From the IMG/VR virus record IMGVR_UViG_3300047491_001507: a stretch of 64,000 nucleotides of DNA; one strand, written 5' to 3'. Below the pieces are notes generated by a model, which saw nothing but the letters and a program-made list of their open reading frames with translations, made no database searches and was not told where the DNA came from. Positions 34,133 through 42,727 of this stretch are shown piece after piece. Source of the DNA: a virus. The translations under genes were made by a program, and so were the position numbers. How positions within the stretch are numbered: the first letter of the stretch is position 1; each line of letters begins with the position of its first letter.

Positions 34133-35014
34133 TTATTTAAAAAATTCTATTGCCTCTTCATTATTATGTATACACAAAGCGTTATTATATTTTGCTCCTT
34201 CAGAAAAATCACAAATTTTTATGCTTTTATTTTCTTGTTGTGTTAGCCAATACAACTTTGCATCCACAATTTCTTGGGCTCTTAAATGCTGCGGATATGT
34301 GTATAACCCATTCTCTAAAAGAACCGATGCATCCTTTTTGATTTTAAACGAATCATCGCAACAAAGCAACATTAATTTTTCAACGCCAAAACGATAGCTC
34401 AAATCAATTGCGGCACAAATTGGATTGCGATAATCGTCAACGTGTCCCTCATCAGTATTGTTTCCAAATTCATAGTCACAAGTTGGGTTGTAAGTGTAAA
34501 TAGTGCCTTGATATTTTTGTAAGAAATTATAGTTCGTCCTTCTAGATGCTACACAAGCTGGATAATATTTTGTTTCTATTGGCAAATAAGAAGCACATTC
34601 AGGATATGGATTGTTCACAATATAAGCATTAATAGATCTTGGATTAGTAGGATCTGTATGTAATTTCCACTCCTTAAGCACCTTGTTAACTGCAAAAACT
34701 GCCACATCTTTAGGAAATTGAGCAATCAATTTGTGTCTAGAGGCAAAAGCAAAACCATCAGAGACGATTACGATTTTACTGAAATTGATTTTTTCTTTTA
34801 AGATGTCTGAAAAATTAGCGTTTTTAATTTCATTCAACATCACAATATGATAATCATCTTGACGATACAAATTATTTAAAATTACTGAAGTTGTACTGGG
34901 CTTTAAGAAATTGCGGACCCAAATATCTCCAGCAAAAATATATTCATTTTTGGTAAAACGGTCTTTTTTTATGTACATATTTAACCTGTAGGACACGGAG
35001 AAATTACCACGCAT
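34133..35014 (-). CDS. putative nucleotide-sugar glycosyltransferase (sialyltransferase/Maf/DUF115-like)
   Basis: IVIVSDGFAFASRHKLIAQFPKDVAVFAVNKV follows the hhhhGNGPSl...VfRCN pattern of GT42/Maf-type transferases. The resemblance is weak. Confidence 0.3.
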   Translation of the reverse strand: MRGNFSVSYRLNMYIKKDRFTKNEYIFAGDIWVRNFLKPSTTSVILNNLYRQDDYHIVMLNEIKNANFSDILKEKINFSKIVIVSDGFAFASRHKLIAQFPKDVAVFAVNKVLKEWKLHTDPTNPRSINAYIVNNPYPECASYLPIETKYYPACVASRRTNYNFLQKYQGTIYTYNPTCDYEFGNNTDEGHVDDYRNPICAAIDLSYRFGVEKLMLLCCDDSFKIKKDASVLLENGLYTYPQHLRAQEIVDAKLYWLTQQENKSIKICDFSEGAKYNNALCIHNNEEAIEFFK

Positions 35015-36846
35015 TTTTGTCCTGCTGCGTCTTTGCTTAGTATTTCATCCATGGTAATTTTGACTTCTATAGGACTGCCTCGCCATACCAATTCAACTTC
35101 TGGCATCTTGTCAGGAAAAACAACAGGTAAAGCGAAGTTATCTGGCAATGATAAAGGAATCGATTGTGGTCCTTCTAATATAATTTTCTCTGGAATTGTG
35201 TGCTCAATGCTAATGGTACTTGGAATAGGAACAGGCATCTCTACCACAATGTGATTAGGAATGTCCTTTTCCATAACAAGTTTAATTTCTTTAGGAACTT
35301 GAGAAGTATCAATAGGTATAGCACTCCCACTATAAACCAAATCAATTGTATCTGGTATTTCATATCCTTCTAAGCGAATTGAATTGGGAATAGGGCTATC
35401 TGGACCATAAATCTTAATTTTGTCAGGCATTTGAACATCTGAAGAATCAATTTTAATCTTCTGAGGCAGATTGCTTTCTATTTTAATAGAAGGAAATTCA
35501 GGAGGAATAATTCTGATCTCTTCAGGAATTCCTACACTCTCATATTCTACTTTTAATGAATCTGATGCCTCAAACAAATCTGCAAATTCTGTCCCAAATT
35601 CTTTAACAATTTCTGGATCTGCTACAAGACGTTGAGGATTGCTTACATTTTTAGCTAATGTAAGAGCAACTTCCATTGGCGGAGGGGCTCCCCAATCTAC
35701 TTCTAGTCGAGGTAAATTTGAGGCATCAAGCTCTAAAGAAAGTACAGATGCAGGAGGAACAAGAACAATTGTCGGAGGAATTGGTGGATCTATGACAATT
35801 GTATTCGGCATATCTACGAAAATTATTGATGGAATGTTAATGCCATCTCCAGTAATAGTCACCTGACTGTGCAGTATTTGTACAGGCTCATTTGGTCCTT
35901 CAATCACCACATGACTAACCATATTGATATATGGGCCTGAAATAATAGAAGGAATGTTTACTAATTGTCCTGCAAGGGAAATACAGGGAAAAACCAAAGG
36001 AGGCAAGCTAATATCTGCTTCTGGAACACTACATGGAACAAATGTAAAATCTGGAATATCAGGAATTTCTGGAACCGGAACGTCAAAAATAGGTCGGGTT
36101 TCTGTTTCGGGCTGATTTGGATCTGTTCTTTCAATGGCTGTTTGTACAGTTTCACACAATCCATTTGAAATTGTGATTACAGGGTCAATTTTAGTATTGA
36201 CGGCATATCTGTGAAAACCCTCTAATTCTGTCGTAGTATATTGTCCATCTCCAAAATCCAATCTGAATGACTCAACATTACCTGGATCAGTAATTTTTAC
36301 CGAATAACTATAAAGGATGCCTGTTTCAGGGTCGTTTTCTACTAAATTAAAATCAAAAATTACATCAGGACAGTTATAATCATCATAAATTGATTGTAGT
36401 GAGGCTAAATTACGAATTCTCCAATCTAAAGTTTCTTGTCTTGTGTCGTAATTATAGCCAATAAAATTCTCTGTTTTGATAATGGCATTTACTAATTGAT
36501 TGTGATGTTCTGCTACCACAAAACCTCTGATCCATGTACCTTTGTTGTTGAATTTTGTGGTTCCGCTTAACTGTCTAGAACATCTTCTTAGTTTGTAGAC
36601 TTTTCCGTTAACATCTTTGCCAACTGCATCATAATACAACAATTCGCCATCAATATTGGCAAAACCGTTGTCGGGCCATATTTCGTTTTCATCAGCAGCC
36701 ACAGGAACTATTTCGATTTCTTGTGACCAAGCAGAATTATCTACAGCAATTTGTGCTTCGGTTGTGTTATGAACCAAATACAAAGTGTAATCTGAATCAA
36801 TTGCTTGAGGATATCTTGGTACTGGAATAAATGCCATTTTTTTCAC
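34981..36846 (-). CDS. tail fibre or receptor-binding protein, paralog 1 (AEHHN module plus PKD-like domain)
   Basis: VVAEHHNQLVNAIIKTENFIGY is shared with the two upstream paralogs. RLDFGDGQYTTTELEGFHRY is PKD-like. The C-terminal half is Pro-rich (IPD/VPxP repeats). Confidence 0.5.
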   Translation of the reverse strand: MKKMAFIPVPRYPQAIDSDYTLYLVHNTTEAQIAVDNSAWSQEIEIVPVAADENEIWPDNGFANIDGELLYYDAVGKDVNGKVYKLRRCSRQLSGTTKFNNKGTWIRGFVVAEHHNQLVNAIIKTENFIGYNYDTRQETLDWRIRNLASLQSIYDDYNCPDVIFDFNLVENDPETGILYSYSVKITDPGNVESFRLDFGDGQYTTTELEGFHRYAVNTKIDPVITISNGLCETVQTAIERTDPNQPETETRPIFDVPVPEIPDIPDFTFVPCSVPEADISLPPLVFPCISLAGQLVNIPSIISGPYINMVSHVVIEGPNEPVQILHSQVTITGDGINIPSIIFVDMPNTIVIDPPIPPTIVLVPPASVLSLELDASNLPRLEVDWGAPPPMEVALTLAKNVSNPQRLVADPEIVKEFGTEFADLFEASDSLKVEYESVGIPEEIRIIPPEFPSIKIESNLPQKIKIDSSDVQMPDKIKIYGPDSPIPNSIRLEGYEIPDTIDLVYSGSAIPIDTSQVPKEIKLVMEKDIPNHIVVEMPVPIPSTISIEHTIPEKIILEGPQSIPLSLPDNFALPVVFPDKMPEVELVWRGSPIEVKITMDEILSKDAAGQKCVVISPCPTG

Positions 36847-36849
36847 CTA

Positions 36850-39120
36850 CTAATATATAGTCATCAACCACTGTTCACCAGTAGGTCTGCTGCCAATTGA
36901 AGAAAAAGTTAAATCAATTTCATTAAACTTGATAAAGACATTTGAGCTATAGTCGAAACTTAAATAAGCTCGTCTATCACCATCTGATGATGCTAACAAC
37001 GGATTGCTTTCTTCGTCAAATCCTGCAACAGTTGAATCTTGCAAACTACGATATGCCAATGAATTGACGCCAGGACCTCCTGCTGCCCATACCATTGTTA
37101 TAGGTTCGTATCTAGCAACCGATCCTGTGTTGTTTAGGAAGAAAACACCTGTGCTTAAACTAACTAACTGACCTTCTGTTCTGACAATCCCTTGCATATC
37201 TTGCAATTTTCTGATGTTTAAAAATGGATCACTTAAAGTACCCTCTGTACGATAAAAGCTTCTTAATCTAAAGAATGATCCTACACTATCATTACGCAGT
37301 AAATATCCCACATTGTTTTTCCAAGTACTACGATATACGCTAAAATGCCCATAAGATGAGTTTCCTTCGCTGTCATAAACAGCAACATTACTGTTTAACT
37401 CATCTGCTCCATTTAAGTAATTTTCCGCAGTTAAATCTACTTCATCGCATGTGTAACTGCCAATATCATATTTCTGTTTCTTGACATTTGTTAAAGATTG
37501 GTCAGGTTCTCTTTCGCCATTAATTGCTCCAAATACAAAATAAGAATAATTGGAGGAGTTAAAATTAACCCAGTTCCATGGTCTAGTGATAGAATTACGA
37601 GCGATGTAAATATCAGTAAAAGCATTGTACTCTGTTACATAAATTTTTTCTGCACTTGGAGGCTCGACTGCTGTCCTGCCGCTTGCATAATATATGAGAC
37701 TACTACCTCCCTTGCCTGATGAAACAGTACTTCTGGGAGCAAATCCTGTATTTCTTTCAAATTCGTGTTTTTGCTTTAAATATTCTGGCTCACCTTGTAA
37801 AAACGAACTGTTCCGCTGCACGACAAGTGTGTTGCTAGATGCCAATTTAAATGTTTCGCTCAACAAGCCATACTCATAAGATCTAGCTTGATTATTAGTA
37901 ATGGTCCAAAACCAAAGATTTTGATTTTCTATGATGTCTATTGCATTTTCGTAGGTAGTGATTCTATATGCCCCGCTATCAGTATCCACTCTTAATTTTA
38001 AGTCGTAAATCCCTCCAACACTATATGCTGCTTTTGCTGTCGAATCGCTAACATGAGTAAGATCATCTCCTAATGACCAAGTATAAGTTACAATTGGATC
38101 AATTGGAGAACCTAAATCATTCAATAATTCACCTGATTTAGAGTAAGTGGAGCCATCATAAATAAAAGTTCCATCTGGGATTTCAATGTTAATAATCGTA
38201 TTTATTGGAGATTTAATTCTTGGAACGATTTGATACGGCCCATTGGGAGGGGCTCCAGGGGTTACACTTTGGTATGTGTATTGAATAAAGTTTATTACTG
38301 CCTCTTGAGGAGCTTTTTGTCTTGCGTTGATATATGCTGGAAATTCACATATATCTGATCCAAAATTGTTACTGACGGTTAGTTTTACGTCATAAATTCC
38401 TGGTTGATAATAGGTCTTTTTGATTTTTCCGCCATCAGTATCTCTAATAACAACATCTATAGCCCCACCAGGAACCTCATCTGTAGCACTGATTTCACTG
38501 TAGGAGATGCTGGAATAGGTATGATCTCCAAAATCCCAGACCAAGCTAATTACGCCAGAATTTCCATCAGTACCTAAACGAAAGCTTAAATCCTCAAATT
38601 CTACTTCAAGCGGTATGTTTCCGAAGCGTTTGTCAGATGTAAACCAAGCTTTTGGTTGTAAAACTAAATTTCTGAGAAAATTAACTCTACCTTCTAACGT
38701 ATCTCCAAAAGGCATAGTGTCAGTAACACCTTCTACTCCGCAAAATTCCTGTATGTTGATGAGAGCATCTTTGATACAATTATGATGTTCTGCCATAACA
38801 CTTATCGTAACATCAGTAATTCTTTTGTATTTTATATTATCTTCAAATCCTGAGAGGATTTCCAGGCCAGAAAAGATATTAGATGTTGAATCAAAGCCGC
38901 TATAATAAAAAGAAATTGCTCTTAATTTTTTATCGCTACATTGATCTGTCAATGTAATAATGCCGGTTGGCGGTACAGAAGCAATTGTGAAAACATCCCC
39001 TTCTACCAAAATGGATGTGTCTCCAGGGTTGTAATCTTCAGACAGAGTCAATCTTAATCCATTCTGGACCAAGAAAAGATTTGTGTCTGTATCAAATGAT
39101 ATCGGATAATTTGAAGTCAT
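36850..39120 (-). CDS. tail fibre or receptor-binding protein, paralog 2
   Basis: VMAEHHNCIKDALINIQEFCGV. PKD-like segments are LVWDFGDHTYSS and YTWSLGDDLTHV...YDLKLRVDTDSG. Confidence 0.5.
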   Translation of the reverse strand: MTSNYPISFDTDTNLFLVQNGLRLTLSEDYNPGDTSILVEGDVFTIASVPPTGIITLTDQCSDKKLRAISFYYSGFDSTSNIFSGLEILSGFEDNIKYKRITDVTISVMAEHHNCIKDALINIQEFCGVEGVTDTMPFGDTLEGRVNFLRNLVLQPKAWFTSDKRFGNIPLEVEFEDLSFRLGTDGNSGVISLVWDFGDHTYSSISYSEISATDEVPGGAIDVVIRDTDGGKIKKTYYQPGIYDVKLTVSNNFGSDICEFPAYINARQKAPQEAVINFIQYTYQSVTPGAPPNGPYQIVPRIKSPINTIINIEIPDGTFIYDGSTYSKSGELLNDLGSPIDPIVTYTWSLGDDLTHVSDSTAKAAYSVGGIYDLKLRVDTDSGAYRITTYENAIDIIENQNLWFWTITNNQARSYEYGLLSETFKLASSNTLVVQRNSSFLQGEPEYLKQKHEFERNTGFAPRSTVSSGKGGSSLIYYASGRTAVEPPSAEKIYVTEYNAFTDIYIARNSITRPWNWVNFNSSNYSYFVFGAINGEREPDQSLTNVKKQKYDIGSYTCDEVDLTAENYLNGADELNSNVAVYDSEGNSSYGHFSVYRSTWKNNVGYLLRNDSVGSFFRLRSFYRTEGTLSDPFLNIRKLQDMQGIVRTEGQLVSLSTGVFFLNNTGSVARYEPITMVWAAGGPGVNSLAYRSLQDSTVAGFDEESNPLLASSDGDRRAYLSFDYSSNVFIKFNEIDLTFSSIGSRPTGEQWLMTIY

Positions 39121-39129
39121 ATTTTCTCC

Positions 39130-40155
39130 TTAGAGTACCACCAATGTTTCTGAAAGTTCAAATTTCTTAATTCTATTATTGCTGAACTGTATAAGTTCCG
39201 TTACTGTATATTCTCCTGGCGATTGATAAATATGACTTACTGTGTGAATATCTGGATCTTCTTGTGTATAAGTCTCTCCATCACCAAAAACCCAATGTCT
39301 TTGAACAATATCGCCATCGGTTTGATCAACAAATATAAATTCCTTTGGCGTTAAATTTTCAGAAGTCGCAGTCTCCTCTGAATAGGCATTGTCAATAGAT
39401 TCTACATAGAAAAAAGGAAGGATCTCATCTGCACTTACTTTAATATAATCGCTTTTAGTTACTACTCCTTGTGCTCCAGCAGAAGTTATGACGTTTAATC
39501 TTACGGTATAATAACCTTCTGTAACATAGGTGTGTATTGGATTTTTTTCTACAGATGTTCCTCCATCTCCAAAATCCCATAAATAACGAATCACATGTCC
39601 GCTGCTAAGATTCTGAAAACGTACTTTTAAAGCAGGAGGACCATTCAGAGGAAATGCACGAAATAATGGTTTAGGTGCTAAGAATCTTACCTCCTGAGCC
39701 GTTAAAATGCCATTTAAGGAAGCATCAGCAGCATTCTCTTTGATCCCTAAATCAGTCTGAATATTTATGATGGCATCTTTGATGGCATTGTGATGTTCCG
39801 CATCAACAGAATTACTGACATATGAATTACTGGCTGTCCAAAAGCCATGTTTAGATCCTGCAAAACCTCTAATTAAATCTCGAAAGGTATTGCCGGTTTT
39901 GTAGCTATAATATATCATCTCATATGGCCCAGGTTCTCCAGGAGCAGATCCAATCCTTACGATGCCATTATCTGGAAATAACGATGTGTCTTCTACGATT
40001 ATAACCTTGCCAGAATGTGTTAAGGTTTGTTTTAAAGGAACAACAGCATTATTGGAAACTTCGTATAAAGTTTCTTTAGTATCTAATTCTGTTGGGAAAA
40101 CAGATAGATTTCCTGCCACATAATTTGCATCTGATGTTGATGTTCGACTTGCCAT
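39130..40155 (-). CDS. tail fibre or receptor-binding protein, paralog 3, with two PKD domains
   Basis: VDAEHHNAIKDAIINIQTDLGI. The PKD consensus appears in RYLWDFGDGGTSVEKNPIHTYVTEGYYTVRLNV and in HWVFGDGETYTQEDPDIHTVSHIYQSPGEYTV. Confidence 0.5.
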   Translation of the reverse strand: MASRTSTSDANYVAGNLSVFPTELDTKETLYEVSNNAVVPLKQTLTHSGKVIIVEDTSLFPDNGIVRIGSAPGEPGPYEMIYYSYKTGNTFRDLIRGFAGSKHGFWTASNSYVSNSVDAEHHNAIKDAIINIQTDLGIKENAADASLNGILTAQEVRFLAPKPLFRAFPLNGPPALKVRFQNLSSGHVIRYLWDFGDGGTSVEKNPIHTYVTEGYYTVRLNVITSAGAQGVVTKSDYIKVSADEILPFFYVESIDNAYSEETATSENLTPKEFIFVDQTDGDIVQRHWVFGDGETYTQEDPDIHTVSHIYQSPGEYTVTELIQFSNNRIKKFELSETLVVL

Positions 40156-40157
40156 TG

Positions 40158-40847
40158 TTACCTACCAATATTTGCTTTAGGAGTTGCTTTTGGTTGAACG
40201 CTTAACTTTTGTTGTAAACTTTGTAATATCTTGGACATATTTTGTTTTACAGGTGCCTCATCATGCAAACACATGATTGTGCGGACCAATTCTATATCAA
40301 ATGGTTTCTGTAAAATAATCCTTAAATTAAATTCCTCTAATAACTTCTCGTTCCACATCTCCTTTTGTGCTTGTTCGTCATCAAGGGGCTTCATTTCCCC
40401 ATATTGAGAAACTATTGCATCATAAGCATTTGCTAAAAAAACCATCTCTTCCAATACACTTTCACATTTTTGCTTAACCTTTCTCGCTGTACAAATCAAA
40501 GATTCTTTTTCCCTTTGTGTCCTTCTTATATTTATTTCTCTCTCTTTGATATCTAAATCAGTATTTTCGTTATTGTTATTAACTAAACTGCGAATTTCTC
40601 GATCAAGCCTTTCAATATTGATGTCGAATAATTCCAGATTGTCCTCTGCATTGTGCAAATCCTTTTGATATGCATCTACAGTTTCCCGTCTGGCTTCTAA
40701 TTCTCTAACAATTTGCCACAATTGAGATTGAGCAGTAGGTTCTTTTCCAATAACAAACTTTTCTAACTGATAATAGGTATGGCGATTAGGTAAGGTATTT
40801 TTGCTTAAAATCTCATCTACTTTAGACAATAATTGCTCTGTTGACAT
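40158..40847 (-). CDS. coiled-coil protein, possibly a fibre assembly or accessory protein
   Basis: 229 aa of heptad-rich, E/K/R/L-rich sequence. Confidence 0.35.
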   Translation of the reverse strand: MSTEQLLSKVDEILSKNTLPNRHTYYQLEKFVIGKEPTAQSQLWQIVRELEARRETVDAYQKDLHNAEDNLELFDINIERLDREIRSLVNNNNENTDLDIKEREINIRRTQREKESLICTARKVKQKCESVLEEMVFLANAYDAIVSQYGEMKPLDDEQAQKEMWNEKLLEEFNLRIILQKPFDIELVRTIMCLHDEAPVKQNMSKILQSLQQKLSVQPKATPKANIGR

Positions 40848-40893
40848 AAAAACATCTCCTTTAATATTTTAATGGAGTGTTTGTGTCACTATT

Positions 40894-41427
40894 TTAGACG
40901 ATTTTCATTCCTACAATGCCTTTAAAAACAACCCCCTGCTCTATTGCAGATAATGACCACATAAATTTAGCAAATTCAAAATCGTTAAATTGTTGTTTTT
41001 GTGCAGTAATTGTTGGAAAATCCCCAGCTTGAACAAAAAAAGATTTGTGAATCAATACCCCATTAAACGAACCTTCAATAAATCCTAAGTAATGGTTTAA
41101 AATTGGATACAATACGTCCTTTTCAGATTTGGCAAATAGCTCTAGTTTTCTTTCTAGGTATTTGGTTACTCGACTTCCTGCAAAAATTAGAAATACCCAA
41201 TCTTGTTTGACCTTTTTAAACCCAGCATTAATCAAGCTGGTAATTGTATTTCCTGCCTTGACACAATCACAAATCTCTTTAAATTCTTTTAACTCCTTGG
41301 TGGTAACACTTTCGGCAGCAACCGCAACAATGTTGTTGTTGCAGCAATTGTTGCGAATTGAATTTACGGTGATTTTTAATGATTGTATATTCCGATCAGG
41401 ACATAAAATAACATAAGTAATATTCAT
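40894..41427 (-). CDS. hypothetical protein, possibly GT2-like
   Basis: MNITYVILCPDRNIQSLKITVNSI...WVFLIFAGSRV weakly resembles a GT-A/GT2 N-terminus. Confidence 0.25.
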   Translation of the reverse strand: MNITYVILCPDRNIQSLKITVNSIRNNCCNNNIVAVAAESVTTKELKEFKEICDCVKAGNTITSLINAGFKKVKQDWVFLIFAGSRVTKYLERKLELFAKSEKDVLYPILNHYLGFIEGSFNGVLIHKSFFVQAGDFPTITAQKQQFNDFEFAKFMWSLSAIEQGVVFKGIVGMKIV

Positions 41428-41438
41428 TCTGTCTATCC

Positions 41439-42215
41439 CTAAACTAACGATACATCAAAATCTATTTTGATGATATCAGAACTATTTAATGCTTCTGATA
41501 ATTGAAGCGTGCCATTAGTAGAATCAGCAGTAAAATGCAATAAAGTCCATGCATTTGTCAAATTGGCTGAAGGTACATAAACATCGTCATCTTCGAAAAT
41601 TCTCATGCCATTGACATAAACTTTCAAAGAACCATCCATGTAAGATGTTATTGGCGAAGGTGTTGTGTAATTAATGTAATCAGGCGTTATGTCATTTGCA
41701 TGATATGGAGTAACTCCACAATAATGACGATGGGCCGATTCGGTGGGAAAATTCAAGTTGAATTTTATTCTATTGGGAGAAGTAAACGCAGTTGTAATTG
41801 TATTTGAAGATTCAAATATTACTTCTCCGCTATCTAACGTCACTTCTGAAGTGTTATCGCTAAATGTAATAACCAAATTGGTTGCTTCGTCAGCGATTAA
41901 ATCTAATTTGTCCGATTGTGCAACACTCATCCTAACGTAATTATCGCTGTCTGAATGCTGTTCGATACTGTGTAGCACTTCATCAATAGCTTCTACTTTT
42001 AAGCTTCCATCTGGATTAATTGATTGACTGAGACGATTCGCCACACTTCCTTGTGTTCCAATCGCTTCCCTCATGTCTGTAATCACATTGTCCAAAGCAA
42101 GATTAATGAGATTTTGCCTACGAATAATATTTTTTAAAGGCAGATTGTCATATTCCCAATGAATAGGATCATTAGGCTGATAAAAAACTTCTGGAATAAG
42201 TTCTATTCTAGGCAA
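41439..42215 (-). CDS. tail or baseplate-associated protein
   Basis: 258-aa ORF in the tail module directly after the baseplate genes. Confidence 0.35.
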   Translation of the reverse strand: MPRIELIPEVFYQPNDPIHWEYDNLPLKNIIRRQNLINLALDNVITDMREAIGTQGSVANRLSQSINPDGSLKVEAIDEVLHSIEQHSDSDNYVRMSVAQSDKLDLIADEATNLVITFSDNTSEVTLDSGEVIFESSNTITTAFTSPNRIKFNLNFPTESAHRHYCGVTPYHANDITPDYINYTTPSPITSYMDGSLKVYVNGMRIFEDDDVYVPSANLTNAWTLLHFTADSTNGTLQLSEALNSSDIIKIDFDVSLV

Positions 42216-42253
42216 AATATACCTCCATACTATTTATCAAAAATTCAATAAAT

Positions 42254-42727
42254 TTAGATAAACGATATTCTCCAATTTAGAGTTAATTGCAAATCTTCTG
42301 TTTTGGTCAAATCTGGGAATGTTGTCATACTATACAAGCTCCCATTTGCCATTTGTAAAGCCATCTCATTAATTGTGACGCCAATTAATTCGTCAAACCG
42401 AATAACTGATGTGAAAATGGCTTGAGTTGGAACAGAATTGTCAATATTCGCTAATACAGGCTTTCTGACAAGTGTGGTTCCAAAAAGACCATTTCTTCCT
42501 GCGTCTACGTATCTCTTTACGCCATCAGGAGTTGTGCCATCATCGCCAAAAATCATTTGAGTAATATAATATTGATAAGAATCACCATAATTATTAGCCA
42601 AAGAATTGGTTAAAGCACAACGCCCCGCATAAAGAATTGTATTTTTAATATTCGTGATGTCTTGTGTGCCATCTTTATAACTTTTAATAATTTCTACACA
42701 ACCCATTGATTGAAGTTTGTCAATCAT
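42254..42727 (-). CDS. tail or baseplate-associated protein
   Basis: 157 aa. Its start overlaps the upstream stop (ATGA). Confidence 0.35.
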   Translation of the reverse strand: MIDKLQSMGCVEIIKSYKDGTQDITNIKNTILYAGRCALTNSLANNYGDSYQYYITQMIFGDDGTTPDGVKRYVDAGRNGLFGTTLVRKPVLANIDNSVPTQAIFTSVIRFDELIGVTINEMALQMANGSLYSMTTFPDLTKTEDLQLTLNWRISFI

